Shown one piece after another: positions 1 through 7,673 of a stretch of 62,109 nucleotides of DNA. Location: the NCBI GenBank assembly GCA_004551905.1, contig SFPL01000028.1, positions 1 through 62,109 of the forward strand. Direction: 5' to 3'. The stretch comes from Lentisphaeraceae bacterium. GTDB taxonomy: Bacteria > Verrucomicrobiota > Kiritimatiellia > RFP12 > UBA1067. Every line of letters starts with the position of its first letter. Positions within the stretch are counted from its first letter, which is position 1. The translations under genes and the position numbers were made by a program. The notes beneath the pieces were generated by a model. The model made no database searches and was not told where the DNA came from. It saw nothing but the letters and a program-made list of their open reading frames with translations.

Positions 1-152
1 ACAGCCCCAAAGCGGAATCTCCCGCTGAAGCCCGCTTTACAAACCCAATCCGAAACTGCTATACTACCAACATCAAGCAAGAAAGCATCGTCGGCACAGG
101 GCTACGCAACGAGTGTTGCACTGGCTACTGGCTGGCGGGACCAAATTTGCCA

Positions 153-563
153 TCACAAAAAAGGGGTAATCGTTAGTTTTTTAATTATCTTTACGTGTCC
201 ATTGACGTACTCATGCCTGAACGCGATGTTCTGGCAAGCGTTCCACGTCGCGCCGCCGACATCGAACGACTCCCCGCCCTTCGACGAAAGGTAGCCGTCC
301 ATAAACCATTTCACGAATGTGTCGCCGATGTCCTTCACGTCGTAGCCGCCCTTGCGGACGTAGGAGTCCATGATGCACATGGCCATCGATCCGTCGTCCG
401 TCCAGTAGCCTGCCGGAAGGTTGAACACCGGGCACTTCACCATCTCCGTGATTCACGGGTGGCTGTCCTTGCCGCTGAACTGTATGGGGCTTCCGAAGGC
501 GTCGCCCACGATCAGTCCCCACGCACCTTGATTACCGTTTGAAATTGGTCGTGTTGATGACAA
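153..563 (-). pseudogene. ADP-ribosylglycohydrolase (ARH/DraG family) remnant
   Basis: Minus-strand frame reads (TTG)SSTRPISNGNQGAWGLIVGDAFGSPIQFSGKDSHP-TGA-ITEMVKCPVFNLPAGYWTDDGSMAMC...FDVGGATWNA. The TGA at 453-455 is in frame. Family-like sequence stops near 215, although such enzymes are about 300 aa. Confidence 0.6.
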
Positions 564-905
564 GATAACAAAAAGATTCTAACTTTCGTTTTTCTTGCCG
601 TCGCACGCCGATGTGTATCATACCAAAAAACTTTCTTTCGGTTTAGCCGTCACCGCCACCTCGGCTCGAAAACATAAACGATGTTATTTGGCGGGCGCGG
701 AATGTCATGACATCCCCCAAGGTGGATTTACTCAAAACCACCTCTCCACATAAATGTTCCGTTTTTCTTCCGTCAGGCATCACTTGCCCCCCGTCTGCTT
801 CGAGGAGTCTCCAACTGCGGTCCGCTCTTGGGTATTCCAACTGTTTGTCAGCGAGTTGAACACATCATTGTCAACGTGATATTGAAAAAGCACGTAGGAC
901 GGGAG

Positions 906-3047
906 TTACGAACCGATCATGTCCGACGGCCAGTCAAGCTTCCATCTACCGCCCGACAAGGCGACGATCTCCTGCTCGGACTTGACGTTGCACAACTTCG
1001 CACCATACTTGCTGAAGTAGCTGACATTAAGATCAATGTCGGTTTTATGTACTGTCGGGTTTGTATACGCGACCTCAAAACTACGATCCTTTCTAATAGA
1101 AACGGAGGCAAGAAAATTCGTGCGGTACGAGGTTGTGCCGAATTGGAATGGCATGACAAAATGAGAATGCTTCTTCAGCCCGCTCTTAAGAATCGTGTCC
1201 TTCACGTTCTGCGGGGGAGCGATGAGATCCTCCTTCTCCTTCATGAAAGTGATCTCGACGGGCGTGTACTCAGTGTCCGATTCGTCACCCTTGCCAGTCT
1301 GGACGTCAAACGCGAGGGACGGCTTGTATGTGATCTCAACCGGCCACGACTGATGATCGAACACGAGCTTCACGGAATCGACTCCGGGCAGTTTCTTCCT
1401 ACGGCAGAAGAAAGTCAGCGTCACCACATCCGAACCAATACCCGCATCGCTCTTTCTGATCTTTCTCTCTTCGATGCCCTCGCTGATCGTCTCTACTGCA
1501 TTGGTGCCTTTGTACAGAATGACCTTGGATTCAACCTCGCCAAGGAGGAACCAGGACACTGGAATCTCGACAAGAAATTTATTGCTACGGAAGGTCGGCC
1601 GGACATACCGCATCTTGATCGCAAGCACGTCCTTTTTCGCTTCCTGCCACAAGTCCTTCACGCGGACACGACCAATGTAAAAGAGCTTCTCAAGCGAAGA
1701 CGCTGTCTGATTCGCGCAGATGTCAAACACGTTCTGACTCAAGCCTTCGCTTTTCTTTTCGGCAAGAATGTCGTTGTAGAGTGTGCGAATGCGAATGAGG
1801 TCGATGTCGGTAGGCAGGTCGTTCTTTCCGATTGACATCTCCTCTTTGGAATACTTGTTTCTGTACGAGAGAAGCTTCGCCTCAAAACAACCTTCAATGT
1901 ACGCATTCGATTGGTTTAAGACCTTCAGCGCGGCTTTAGGATCGTTCAAGACATGGTACAGGACATCCGCGCAGAAATAGGAATAGTCCGGATTGACGTT
2001 GTTGTAGTTAACATCGCATATCTTCTTGAGCCATTTGCGCATCTTGTCGTGATTGTCGCTATTCGTGGCGATCAAGGCGGTCACGCCAGCGATGGCCGTC
2101 TGTGCCACCATCGGATCGACCTTCAGAAGATCGCGGTGGACCTCGAAGAACTCATCCGCAGCCTCCAACGCAACGGAGTAGTCCTTGCATTGCACGGCAA
2201 ACGAGGCGAGGTAGTACCAATATGCCGCGAACCGCTGGAAATGAACGCGCATATCGTGCGTGTTGAGAAGCGTGTACACGCGCTCCGACTTGCCGATCTT
2301 GAGAGCATTAACGAGGGATTGAAGTTCGGCCGGAGTTACGATGTCCTCACGCTGTAGGTTTTTGTCCCTAACGAACGCGAACTCGGCATCGATCAAGGTC
2401 TTGTTCGCCTCGTGGACTTCCTTCTCCTTGCTTCTGTTGTAGCTGAACAGACGCTCCTTGTTGTTCGCCCGTAGCTCATCGAGCGTCTTATTGTAGTCCA
2501 TCACGGTTGCGAGGGGGCCTCCTATCAAGTCTCCGGCGAGAACAAGCAGGGCCTGAAAGCTGACCGTATAGGAGTCCCCCTTGCCGGATTGCTTCACAAT
2601 GACATTGCCAGCATCCTTGAGCGCAAGCGGAACAGATGCGACGAGCTTCAGCCACATATTCTTCTTTTCGCGGCGACGCCTGTCCTCCATTTCCTCTTGA
2701 TAGTACTTGTAGTCCTCGTCCGCCATCTTGAGTGCCTTCAAGGAGTCGAGCATCGACTGGATGAGCGTAAGCATCGCCTTATCGTTGTACGAAAACGCGG
2801 GGATGCGCGTCACGTCGATGCGGTCGATGGAAATCTTCTCGTATTCCTCCTGCACGGCAAGCACATTGTGATACGTGTTCATCACCGTGTAGGCGTAGTT
2901 CATCTGGTTGATGTACGCCACAGCATCGAGGGCCGACTCGCGATCTGCGTCTATCTTGGACTGACGCAAATTGCCCGAGACCTCGTCTTCACCGATTGCC
3001 GAGAGAAAAGCAAGCGACGCGAATGCTATTGCCGTCATGAATTTCAT
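906..3047 (-). CDS. secreted orphan protein, 713 aa
   Basis: Longest ORF in a visibly lower-GC stretch. N-terminus MKFMTAIAFASLAFLSAIG looks like a signal peptide. No motif I recognise. Overlapping opposite-strand ORFs are shorter and compositionally odd. Confidence 0.7.
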   Translation of the reverse strand: MKFMTAIAFASLAFLSAIGEDEVSGNLRQSKIDADRESALDAVAYINQMNYAYTVMNTYHNVLAVQEEYEKISIDRIDVTRIPAFSYNDKAMLTLIQSMLDSLKALKMADEDYKYYQEEMEDRRRREKKNMWLKLVASVPLALKDAGNVIVKQSGKGDSYTVSFQALLVLAGDLIGGPLATVMDYNKTLDELRANNKERLFSYNRSKEKEVHEANKTLIDAEFAFVRDKNLQREDIVTPAELQSLVNALKIGKSERVYTLLNTHDMRVHFQRFAAYWYYLASFAVQCKDYSVALEAADEFFEVHRDLLKVDPMVAQTAIAGVTALIATNSDNHDKMRKWLKKICDVNYNNVNPDYSYFCADVLYHVLNDPKAALKVLNQSNAYIEGCFEAKLLSYRNKYSKEEMSIGKNDLPTDIDLIRIRTLYNDILAEKKSEGLSQNVFDICANQTASSLEKLFYIGRVRVKDLWQEAKKDVLAIKMRYVRPTFRSNKFLVEIPVSWFLLGEVESKVILYKGTNAVETISEGIEERKIRKSDAGIGSDVVTLTFFCRRKKLPGVDSVKLVFDHQSWPVEITYKPSLAFDVQTGKGDESDTEYTPVEITFMKEKEDLIAPPQNVKDTILKSGLKKHSHFVMPFQFGTTSYRTNFLASVSIRKDRSFEVAYTNPTVHKTDIDLNVSYFSKYGAKLCNVKSEQEIVALSGGRWKLDWPSDMIGS

Positions 3048-3071
3048 GGTGATTACTCCATCATACGTTTC

Positions 3072-3707
3072 TTAAATCGAATTGAAAACCCTGTCAACCT
3101 CTTCGAGTTCCGGAACGACCTTTTTCCAGATCTCATTCTCGATGTACTCGTGTTTTACTCGCCACATAAATCTAATCACGCGGCGAAGCGTGGCGGACAG
3201 CCGCTCGAAGATCTGCTCGTTCTCGACCGTGACCTTGCATTTCTCGAACGCATCCTTCGCCGTGATGTACGCGGAATGCCAGTCCTCCATCTGGGCGTAA
3301 CATTGCGCCAGCATGACATAGGCGGACGCATGATCCGCCTTGATGTCGACGGCGCGGCGGAGATGACCGACCGCCTTGAGACAATCGCCCCGCTTGGCCA
3401 AAAGCGTCCCGAGGTTGCATTGCGCGTCGGGGGACATCGGATCGACCTCGACCGCCTTCTCGTAATAGCGGAGCGCGGCCTCGTCATCCTTCTTGTAGTT
3501 CGTGAAGATGTTTCCCAAGATGATGAGCGCGTTGACGTTCTTCGGGTCGAGCCGCAGGCTCTCTATGCAATCGTCAATCGCGCCGTCGAAGTCGCCGCCC
3601 ATCATCTTGGCCTGGGCGAGATCGCGCCATGCCTCGGCGATGTCGGGGTGTTCCTCGACCCGCTTCGCCATCGCGGCAAGCATCTCTCTGTACTGTTCTT
3701 CTGTCAT
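3072..3707 (-). CDS. tetratricopeptide-repeat protein, 211 aa
   Basis: Start moved to MTEEQY (ATG 3705-3707). TPR-like 34-aa periodicity (AEAWRDLAQAKMMGGDFDGAIDDCIESLRLDP; ALRYYEKAVEVDP; AVGHLRRAVDIKADH). Ends 24 nt upstream of 906-3047 on the same strand. Confidence 0.75.
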   Translation of the reverse strand: MTEEQYREMLAAMAKRVEEHPDIAEAWRDLAQAKMMGGDFDGAIDDCIESLRLDPKNVNALIILGNIFTNYKKDDEAALRYYEKAVEVDPMSPDAQCNLGTLLAKRGDCLKAVGHLRRAVDIKADHASAYVMLAQCYAQMEDWHSAYITAKDAFEKCKVTVENEQIFERLSATLRRVIRFMWRVKHEYIENEIWKKVVPELEEVDRVFNSI

Positions 3708-3811
3708 CGGTTTCCTTATACGGCATAAAAAGTCATTAAATAGTATATCAAATTTGCCGTTTTCCGATAGTGAACTTTCGCGAATCCGCAATTTTTGATA
3801 AAATATGCGGC

Positions 3812-4303
3812 ATGGTAGCGAAGGTGGTTTCTGGAGCGCAGACGGGCGTTGACCGTGGTGCGCTCGATGCGGCGATTGATGCGTCCTGCCCCTATGGCGG
3901 CTGGGTTCCGAAGGGTCGGCGCAGCGAGGACGGGTGTGTGCCCGCCCGCTACTCCGCCATGTCCGAAACCGCCTCCTCGAACTACCTCAAGCGCACAGAG
4001 CAGAACGTGGTCGACTCGACCGCCACCGTGATCCTCTGCCACGGTGCGCCCACCGGCGGGACGCTGCGCACCGTCGAGTTCTGCAGGAAGCACAGCCGAC
4101 CCTGCTGGATCGACGATCCCGATTCGCCCAACGAGACGGATCGCGGAATGGAGATCCGCTACTGGATTGAGGCGGAGTTCGGCGACGCGCCAATCGTGCT
4201 GAACTTCGCCGGCCCGAGGGAATCGAAATGCCCCGGCATACAGGAGTCGGCGCGTCGGTACGTCGCCCGCCTCCTCTCCGAGGAGCCACACGCCACCGTC
4301 TGA
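3812..4303 (+). CDS. stand-alone SLOG-fold protein (YpsA / putative molybdenum-carrier family), 163 aa
   Basis: MVAKVVSGAQTGVDRGALDAAIDASCPYGGWVPKGRRSEDG...LNFAGPRESKCPGI fits the SGGQTGVDR...GGWxPKGR...AGPRES signature of this family as I remember it. Start chosen at ATG 3812. Confidence 0.75.
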   Translation: MVAKVVSGAQTGVDRGALDAAIDASCPYGGWVPKGRRSEDGCVPARYSAMSETASSNYLKRTEQNVVDSTATVILCHGAPTGGTLRTVEFCRKHSRPCWIDDPDSPNETDRGMEIRYWIEAEFGDAPIVLNFAGPRESKCPGIQESARRYVARLLSEEPHATV

Positions 4304-4540
4304 CCGCCCAGGGCGGCGCAGGACGCGTTCCACGCCCCAGTGCGGGCGACGAGCCGCTTCCGCGGCGGAAGCCGCCACGGGGCGTTCCTGCGCGGCTGCG
4401 GAAGCCGTCGCGGCCATGTGCGGCGAACTTCCATCAGACGGACGGTTTTACTATACTTGATTCGTCCCGCTCGCGTGAAAGACCTGGGGATACATCCTCC
4501 GCAGAGAACTACCATTGCGCGGGCTGGACTCCGAACGCGG

Positions 4541-4939
4541 CTACGCAAGCAGCCGCGTCAGCGTGACGATGTTCTTCACGCCGTTCAGTTCGCAGAGCGC
4601 ACGGTTGACGAGGAACTCGAGCTGGTCGAAGTCCTCGCGCTCGGCGGAGTCGGCCATCGCGATGTGGTCGAGTTCCGCCAGCCGCCGCCACGCGCCGTAG
4701 GTGGTCGAGGCGATCCCCTCGACGAGGTTCCGAACCTCGTCGAAGTCCACGGCGAGTCCCTCTTCGGGTATGTGCTTCCGATAGAGTTCCCGCAGCCGGT
4801 CGCGGCGGCCCTTGCGCTTCTCCTCGTCGTCCCGCGCCCGCTTCGCCGCGTCCTCGGCCTGGCGGCGTACCTCGGCGGCGACGAGCTGGACCTTCTGCCG
4901 AGCCGAGAGGAAGTTCGATGGATCGTGGACCTTCCTCAT
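4541..4939 (-). CDS. hypothetical phage protein, 132 aa
   Basis: Start moved to MRKVHDPSNF (ATG 4937-4939). The upstream part of the 203-aa track ORF is Arg/Gly-rich junk. Charged coiled-coil-like centre. Lies downstream of promoter cassette A. Confidence 0.55.
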   Translation of the reverse strand: MRKVHDPSNFLSARQKVQLVAAEVRRQAEDAAKRARDDEEKRKGRRDRLRELYRKHIPEEGLAVDFDEVRNLVEGIASTTYGAWRRLAELDHIAMADSAEREDFDQLEFLVNRALCELNGVKNIVTLTRLLA

Positions 4940-5122
4940 GGCGCGACCCTCCCAGCCCCGCGCAGGGACGCGCACAGCCGCCCCGTGGCGCGTCCGCGCC
5001 GTGCGGACGGATAGTCGAACGCCCGAAGGCTCGGAACGCCTGCGGGCGCGTCCTTGCGCGTCCTGCGGGCATGGTTGAATCTCTCTTTCATCGGCATCTC
5101 CATGTTTGTTTCCATGCCCCAT

Positions 5123-5151
5123 ATAATGCCGTAAACCCGCGATGGAATCCA
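5123..5151 (-). promoter_or_regulatory. cassette A leftward promoter
   Basis: Minus strand TGGATT-N17-CATTAT, with TTACGG abutting the -10. Weak -35. Confidence 0.4.
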
Positions 5152-5177
5152 CTCGGAGATTTCCCGAAAACGACCGC

Positions 5178-5206
5178 TTGCTATTACTGCCGCCTTACGG
5201 CATAAT
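5178..5206 (+). promoter_or_regulatory. cassette A rightward promoter
   Basis: TTGCTA-N17-CATAAT, with TTACGG abutting the -10. Fires toward the 3' end of minus-strand gene 5377-5532. Confidence 0.45.
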
Positions 5207-5376
5207 AGGCGTGGTGCTCATTTGCCAAGGGGGCTGTTCGCAAAGACAAAAAGAGCGGACGGCCCTCGGTGGAAAAACGCCCGCGCCAAAGAAAGGTAGG
5301 CGCAAACGCAAAACACCTCGAGCCGCCCGCAGAGCGGAGGTCAGGTTATCCCCCGCCCCAAGAGGGTGTGCGGACT

Positions 5377-5532
5377 TCAGTCCAGCAGGATCGTCATCTT
5401 CTCGCCGATTGCCGCGAGGCGGCTGATCGTGAAGTCGAAGTCCGCGCCGTCCTCGTAGGCAGCGATTGCCTCACGCGCCTCGGCGCGGAGGGCCTTGAAC
5501 TCCGGGGTCTTTCTGATGATGTTCTTGTTCAT
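5377..5532 (-). CDS. small hypothetical protein, 51 aa (below ORF-track cutoff)
   Basis: Hand translation: MNKNIIRKTPEFKALRAEAREAIAAYEDGADFDFTISRLAAIGEKMTILLD. ATG at 5530-5532, TGA at 5377-5379. GC-rich third positions like neighbouring genes. Confidence 0.5.
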   Translation of the reverse strand: MNKNIIRKTPEFKALRAEAREAIAAYEDGADFDFTISRLAAIGEKMTILLD

Positions 5533-5608
5533 GGTCTGATCTCCTTTCGGATGCTGTCGTTGGTAATGATGCCATAATCGGTGCTGAAAAGCAACTGGGT
5601 ATTTTGGA

Positions 5609-5812
5609 CTATTTCCGCATCTCCCATCTTGCGATTTCGTCGCCGTTCTTGCGGGACACGACGATCTCGTCTCCGTACCCCCGCACCTCGCCGCCGTGTT
5701 CGTCGGCCACCTCTCTCGCGTCCGCCAGCATCGCCGCCCGCGCCGATTCCTCGTTGGCGTACTCGTAGATCGTGCAACTGAATCCCGATGCGCTGAATCT
5801 AACCTTGACCAT
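5609..5812 (-). CDS. small hypothetical protein, 67 aa
   Basis: ATG 5810-5812. MVKVRFSASGFSCTIYEYANEESARAAM... Fits the same-strand string of small genes separated by GC hairpins. Confidence 0.55.
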   Translation of the reverse strand: MVKVRFSASGFSCTIYEYANEESARAAMLADAREVADEHGGEVRGYGDEIVVSRKNGDEIARWEMRK

Positions 5813-5840
5813 TTTTGTTTCCCCTTTCCGCTTGCGGCGG

Positions 5841-5869
5841 GAGGGGCGAGAACGCCCCGTCTCGCCCTC
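5841..5869. repeat. intergenic GC hairpin
   Basis: GAGGGGCGAG...CTCGCCCTC between 5876-6085 and 5609-5812. Confidence 0.5.
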
Positions 5870-5875
5870 GGTGCT

Positions 5876-6085
5876 TCACAGCCCCACTCCCTTGAAGTTC
5901 CAGTCGCCGCGCCTGACGGCGGCGACCTCGGCGGCGTGTGCCGCCCCGTAGTCGGGACGCTTGCGCTCCGCCTCCGCGCACTCCATGCAGATCGTGTCGG
6001 TATTGAAGAAGCTCATCGTCCGCCCGCCCGCCAGCGGCTTGCCGCATCGGTCGCAGACCGTCTTCGTGAAAAACTCGTCCTTCAT
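5876..6085 (-). CDS. small zinc-ribbon protein, 69 aa
   Basis: Start moved to MKDEFFTKTVCDRCGKPL...TICMECAE (two CxxC pairs). ATG 6083-6085, preceded by a GGAAAGA-type RBS. Confidence 0.6.
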   Translation of the reverse strand: MKDEFFTKTVCDRCGKPLAGGRTMSFFNTDTICMECAEAERKRPDYGAAHAAEVAAVRRGDWNFKGVGL

Positions 6086-6110
6086 CTTTCCGTTCCTTTC
6101 TCGTTGTGCC

Positions 6111-6137
6111 GCCCGCACCGACCCTCTCGGTGCGGGC
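6111..6137. repeat. intergenic GC hairpin
   Basis: GCCCGCACCG-ACCCTCT-CGGTGCGGGC. Confidence 0.6.
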
Positions 6138-6152
6138 TGTCTTTCCATTTTT

Positions 6153-6413
6153 TCAGTTGCGCACCGCGAACCCGTAGGAGGCGGGGCCGAGGTTGACGAT
6201 CACGATTCCATGCGCGAAAAGCGCGCTCTCCACCTTGTGGTACTGTTCCCTCGCTATCACCGCCCGAGCGATAAGCCCGCCCTGCGGATTCGGCGCGATG
6301 TCCATGATCGCGATCCCCGCGCCCTTAAACTCGCTTTCGATGATCGGCGTGATCCGTTCGATCTGCTCCGCCGTCGGCAATGCTATTCCGTCTGCAATTC
6401 TCATTTCGGTCAT
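6153..6413 (-). CDS. small hypothetical protein, 86 aa
   Basis: MTEMRIADGIALPTAEQIERITPIIESEFKGAGIAIMDIAP... ATG 6411-6413 after GAAAGGA. An alternative ATG lies at 6404. Confidence 0.6.
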   Translation of the reverse strand: MTEMRIADGIALPTAEQIERITPIIESEFKGAGIAIMDIAPNPQGGLIARAVIAREQYHKVESALFAHGIVIVNLGPASYGFAVRN

Positions 6414-6432
6414 TCCTTTCTCGTTCGGTTTT

Positions 6433-6459
6433 GCCCCGTCCCCCTCGCGGGGGCGGGGC
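6433..6459. repeat. intergenic GC hairpin (GCCCCG...CGGGGC family)
   Basis: GCCCCGTCCCCC-TCGC-GGGGGCGGGGC. Confidence 0.6.
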
Positions 6460-6467
6460 GTTTCGTT

Positions 6468-6704
6468 TTACGCCTCCTCGGTCGCGACCTTGGCTTGTTG
6501 CAGGGCGCGGATCTGGAAGGCGAGGTGCCGAAGCTCGAGGGCCGCCGCGTCGAGGTCGGCGGGCCTCCAAATCACCGCCTTGTTGTCGGCGTTGAGCTTG
6601 TTGATCAGCGACCCCGCCCGCGCTCCCTTGCGGGCGAGCTGCTCCTTGATCGCCTCGCGGAGCTTCGCCTGCCCCGCCTTGACCTTGACCACTTTGATCT
6701 GCAT
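6468..6704 (-). CDS. small conserved phage protein, 78 aa (paralogue of 10299-10544)
   Basis: Start moved to MQIKVVKVKAGQAKLREAIKEQLARKGARAG. Aligns along its whole length with the 81-aa product of 10299-10544. First gene behind promoter cassette B. Confidence 0.65.
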   Translation of the reverse strand: MQIKVVKVKAGQAKLREAIKEQLARKGARAGSLINKLNADNKAVIWRPADLDAAALELRHLAFQIRALQQAKVATEEA

Positions 6705-6761
6705 TTTCGTTTCCTTTCTTTTTGTGCCTCGCGGAGGCCTGCCCCCCGCTTTTCGAGTCAC

Positions 6762-6790
6762 AGTATGCCGTAATCCGTGGGTAATAGCAA
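6762..6790 (-). promoter_or_regulatory. cassette B leftward promoter
   Basis: Minus strand TTGCTA-N17-CATACT. About 60 nt upstream of ATG 6704. Confidence 0.55.
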
Positions 6791-6845
6791 CGGGGTATTT
6801 TTTTATTTTTAATAATTTTTATTTGCGAATTATCAATTATCCTGC

Positions 6846-6874
6846 TTGCTATGATTCGCCGCTTACGGTATCAT
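6846..6874 (+). promoter_or_regulatory. cassette B rightward promoter
   Basis: TTGCTA-N17-TATCAT (TTACGG abutting the -10). Convergent with 6974-7002. Confidence 0.45.
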
Positions 6875-6985
6875 AGGCGTGGTGCCTACTGCCCGAGTGG
6901 GCGATTGCCGTGCGGTCGATTTTGAAGCCGCCCCACGGGGGCCGTGAACCGAGGCCCTATCCCATCGTCCGACAGTATGCCGTAA
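6863..6985. repeat. 123-bp element bounded by TTACGGTATC...TATGCCGTAA inverted termini
   Basis: Reverse complement of 11648-11771 by hand alignment (most positions identical). Confidence 0.8.
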
Positions 6986-7002
6986 TAAAGCCAGCATTGC
7001 AA
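6974..7002 (-). promoter_or_regulatory. cassette B distal leftward promoter
   Basis: Minus strand TTGCAA-N17-CATACT. Faces 6846-6874 across about 100 bp. Confidence 0.45.
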
Positions 7003-7072
7003 CGGCCTATTTCATAAATCGTCGGCGCGGAATCCGCTGGACTTCGCGCCGAGTTTATGATTGGTTTCGCAC

Positions 7073-7615
7073 TCACTTCTTCGCCGCACCGCCACCGAGG
7101 TTGGGCAACGGCGACCACCGCTCGTCACGCTTCGCCGTTGGCTTGCGCGGAGGCGTGAGCCAGCTGTAGCCGCCGCCGACTTGAAAGCCGAACGGCGGAT
7201 CGTCCTTGCGGCGGAACTCGTTTTTCACGCCGTGCCAATGCGCCCCCGCCGAGCAGATGAGGCGGTAGGCCCTCGGGTACTCCTTGCCCTCGCGCTCCTT
7301 CCTCGCCGCCTCCGTCATCACGTAAGTGAAGGCGTAGACCTTGTGCTTCGCGTCAAGCCATGCGTTGACCTGGACGCATCCGTACACGGACGGGTAGCCC
7401 TCGTAGGCGTCGAGGCGGTGAACCTCCGAGTCGGTGACGAGGTAGAGGACGCCCTCGACCTGCCCGCCCCGCGCCCGCTCGATGTCGGCGTAGAGCCGTT
7501 CGCGCAAACGCCACCCCTTGATTGTCGCCTTGCCGACGAGGCGGGCCTGCGGAATCCTCTCGCGGATTCGGTCGGGATTCATGTTCGATCCGTAGGCGAA
7601 GTAAAAGCTGTTCAT
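7073..7615 (-). CDS. gamma-glutamylcyclotransferase (GGCT/AIG2-like) family protein, 180 aa
   Basis: Start moved to MNSFYFAYGSNMNPDRIRERIP...EGVLYLVTDSEVHRLDAYEGYP. The YGSNxN opening and xLDxxEG motif are the AIG2/GGCT hallmarks. Has a Pro/Gly-rich C-terminal extension. Confidence 0.75.
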   Translation of the reverse strand: MNSFYFAYGSNMNPDRIRERIPQARLVGKATIKGWRLRERLYADIERARGGQVEGVLYLVTDSEVHRLDAYEGYPSVYGCVQVNAWLDAKHKVYAFTYVMTEAARKEREGKEYPRAYRLICSAGAHWHGVKNEFRRKDDPPFGFQVGGGYSWLTPPRKPTAKRDERWSPLPNLGGGAAKK

Positions 7616-7641
7616 CGTCGCGTTCCTTTCCCTTGGGGGTC

Positions 7642-7666
7642 GCCCCGCCCCTCGCGGGGGCGGGGC
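7642..7666. repeat. intergenic GC hairpin (same family)
   Basis: GCCCCGCCCC-TCGCG-GGGGCGGGGC between the amidoligase and GGCT genes. Confidence 0.65.
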
Positions 7667-7673
7667 TTCCGAT

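Noticed and set aside
453-455. In-frame TGA as evidence of stop-codon reassignment or selenocysteine
   Set aside because: TGA is plainly used as a stop throughout the window, including many ATGA or GTGA start-stop overlaps (for example 16837, 30970, 51338). The same gene is also truncated, so decay is the simpler reading.
3176-3487. Overlapping 82-103-aa minus-strand ORFs inside the TPR gene, and the plus-strand ORF 2589-3728
   Set aside because: They are alternative frames of a gene with clear TPR periodicity. Their products are Arg/Ser-rich.
4159-5152. Cluster of overlapping Arg/Pro/Gly-rich ORFs on both strands, and the 203-aa version of 4541-5152
   Set aside because: The composition is typical of non-coding or out-of-frame high-GC sequence. 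Only the C-terminal 132 codons (from MRKVHD) read like protein.
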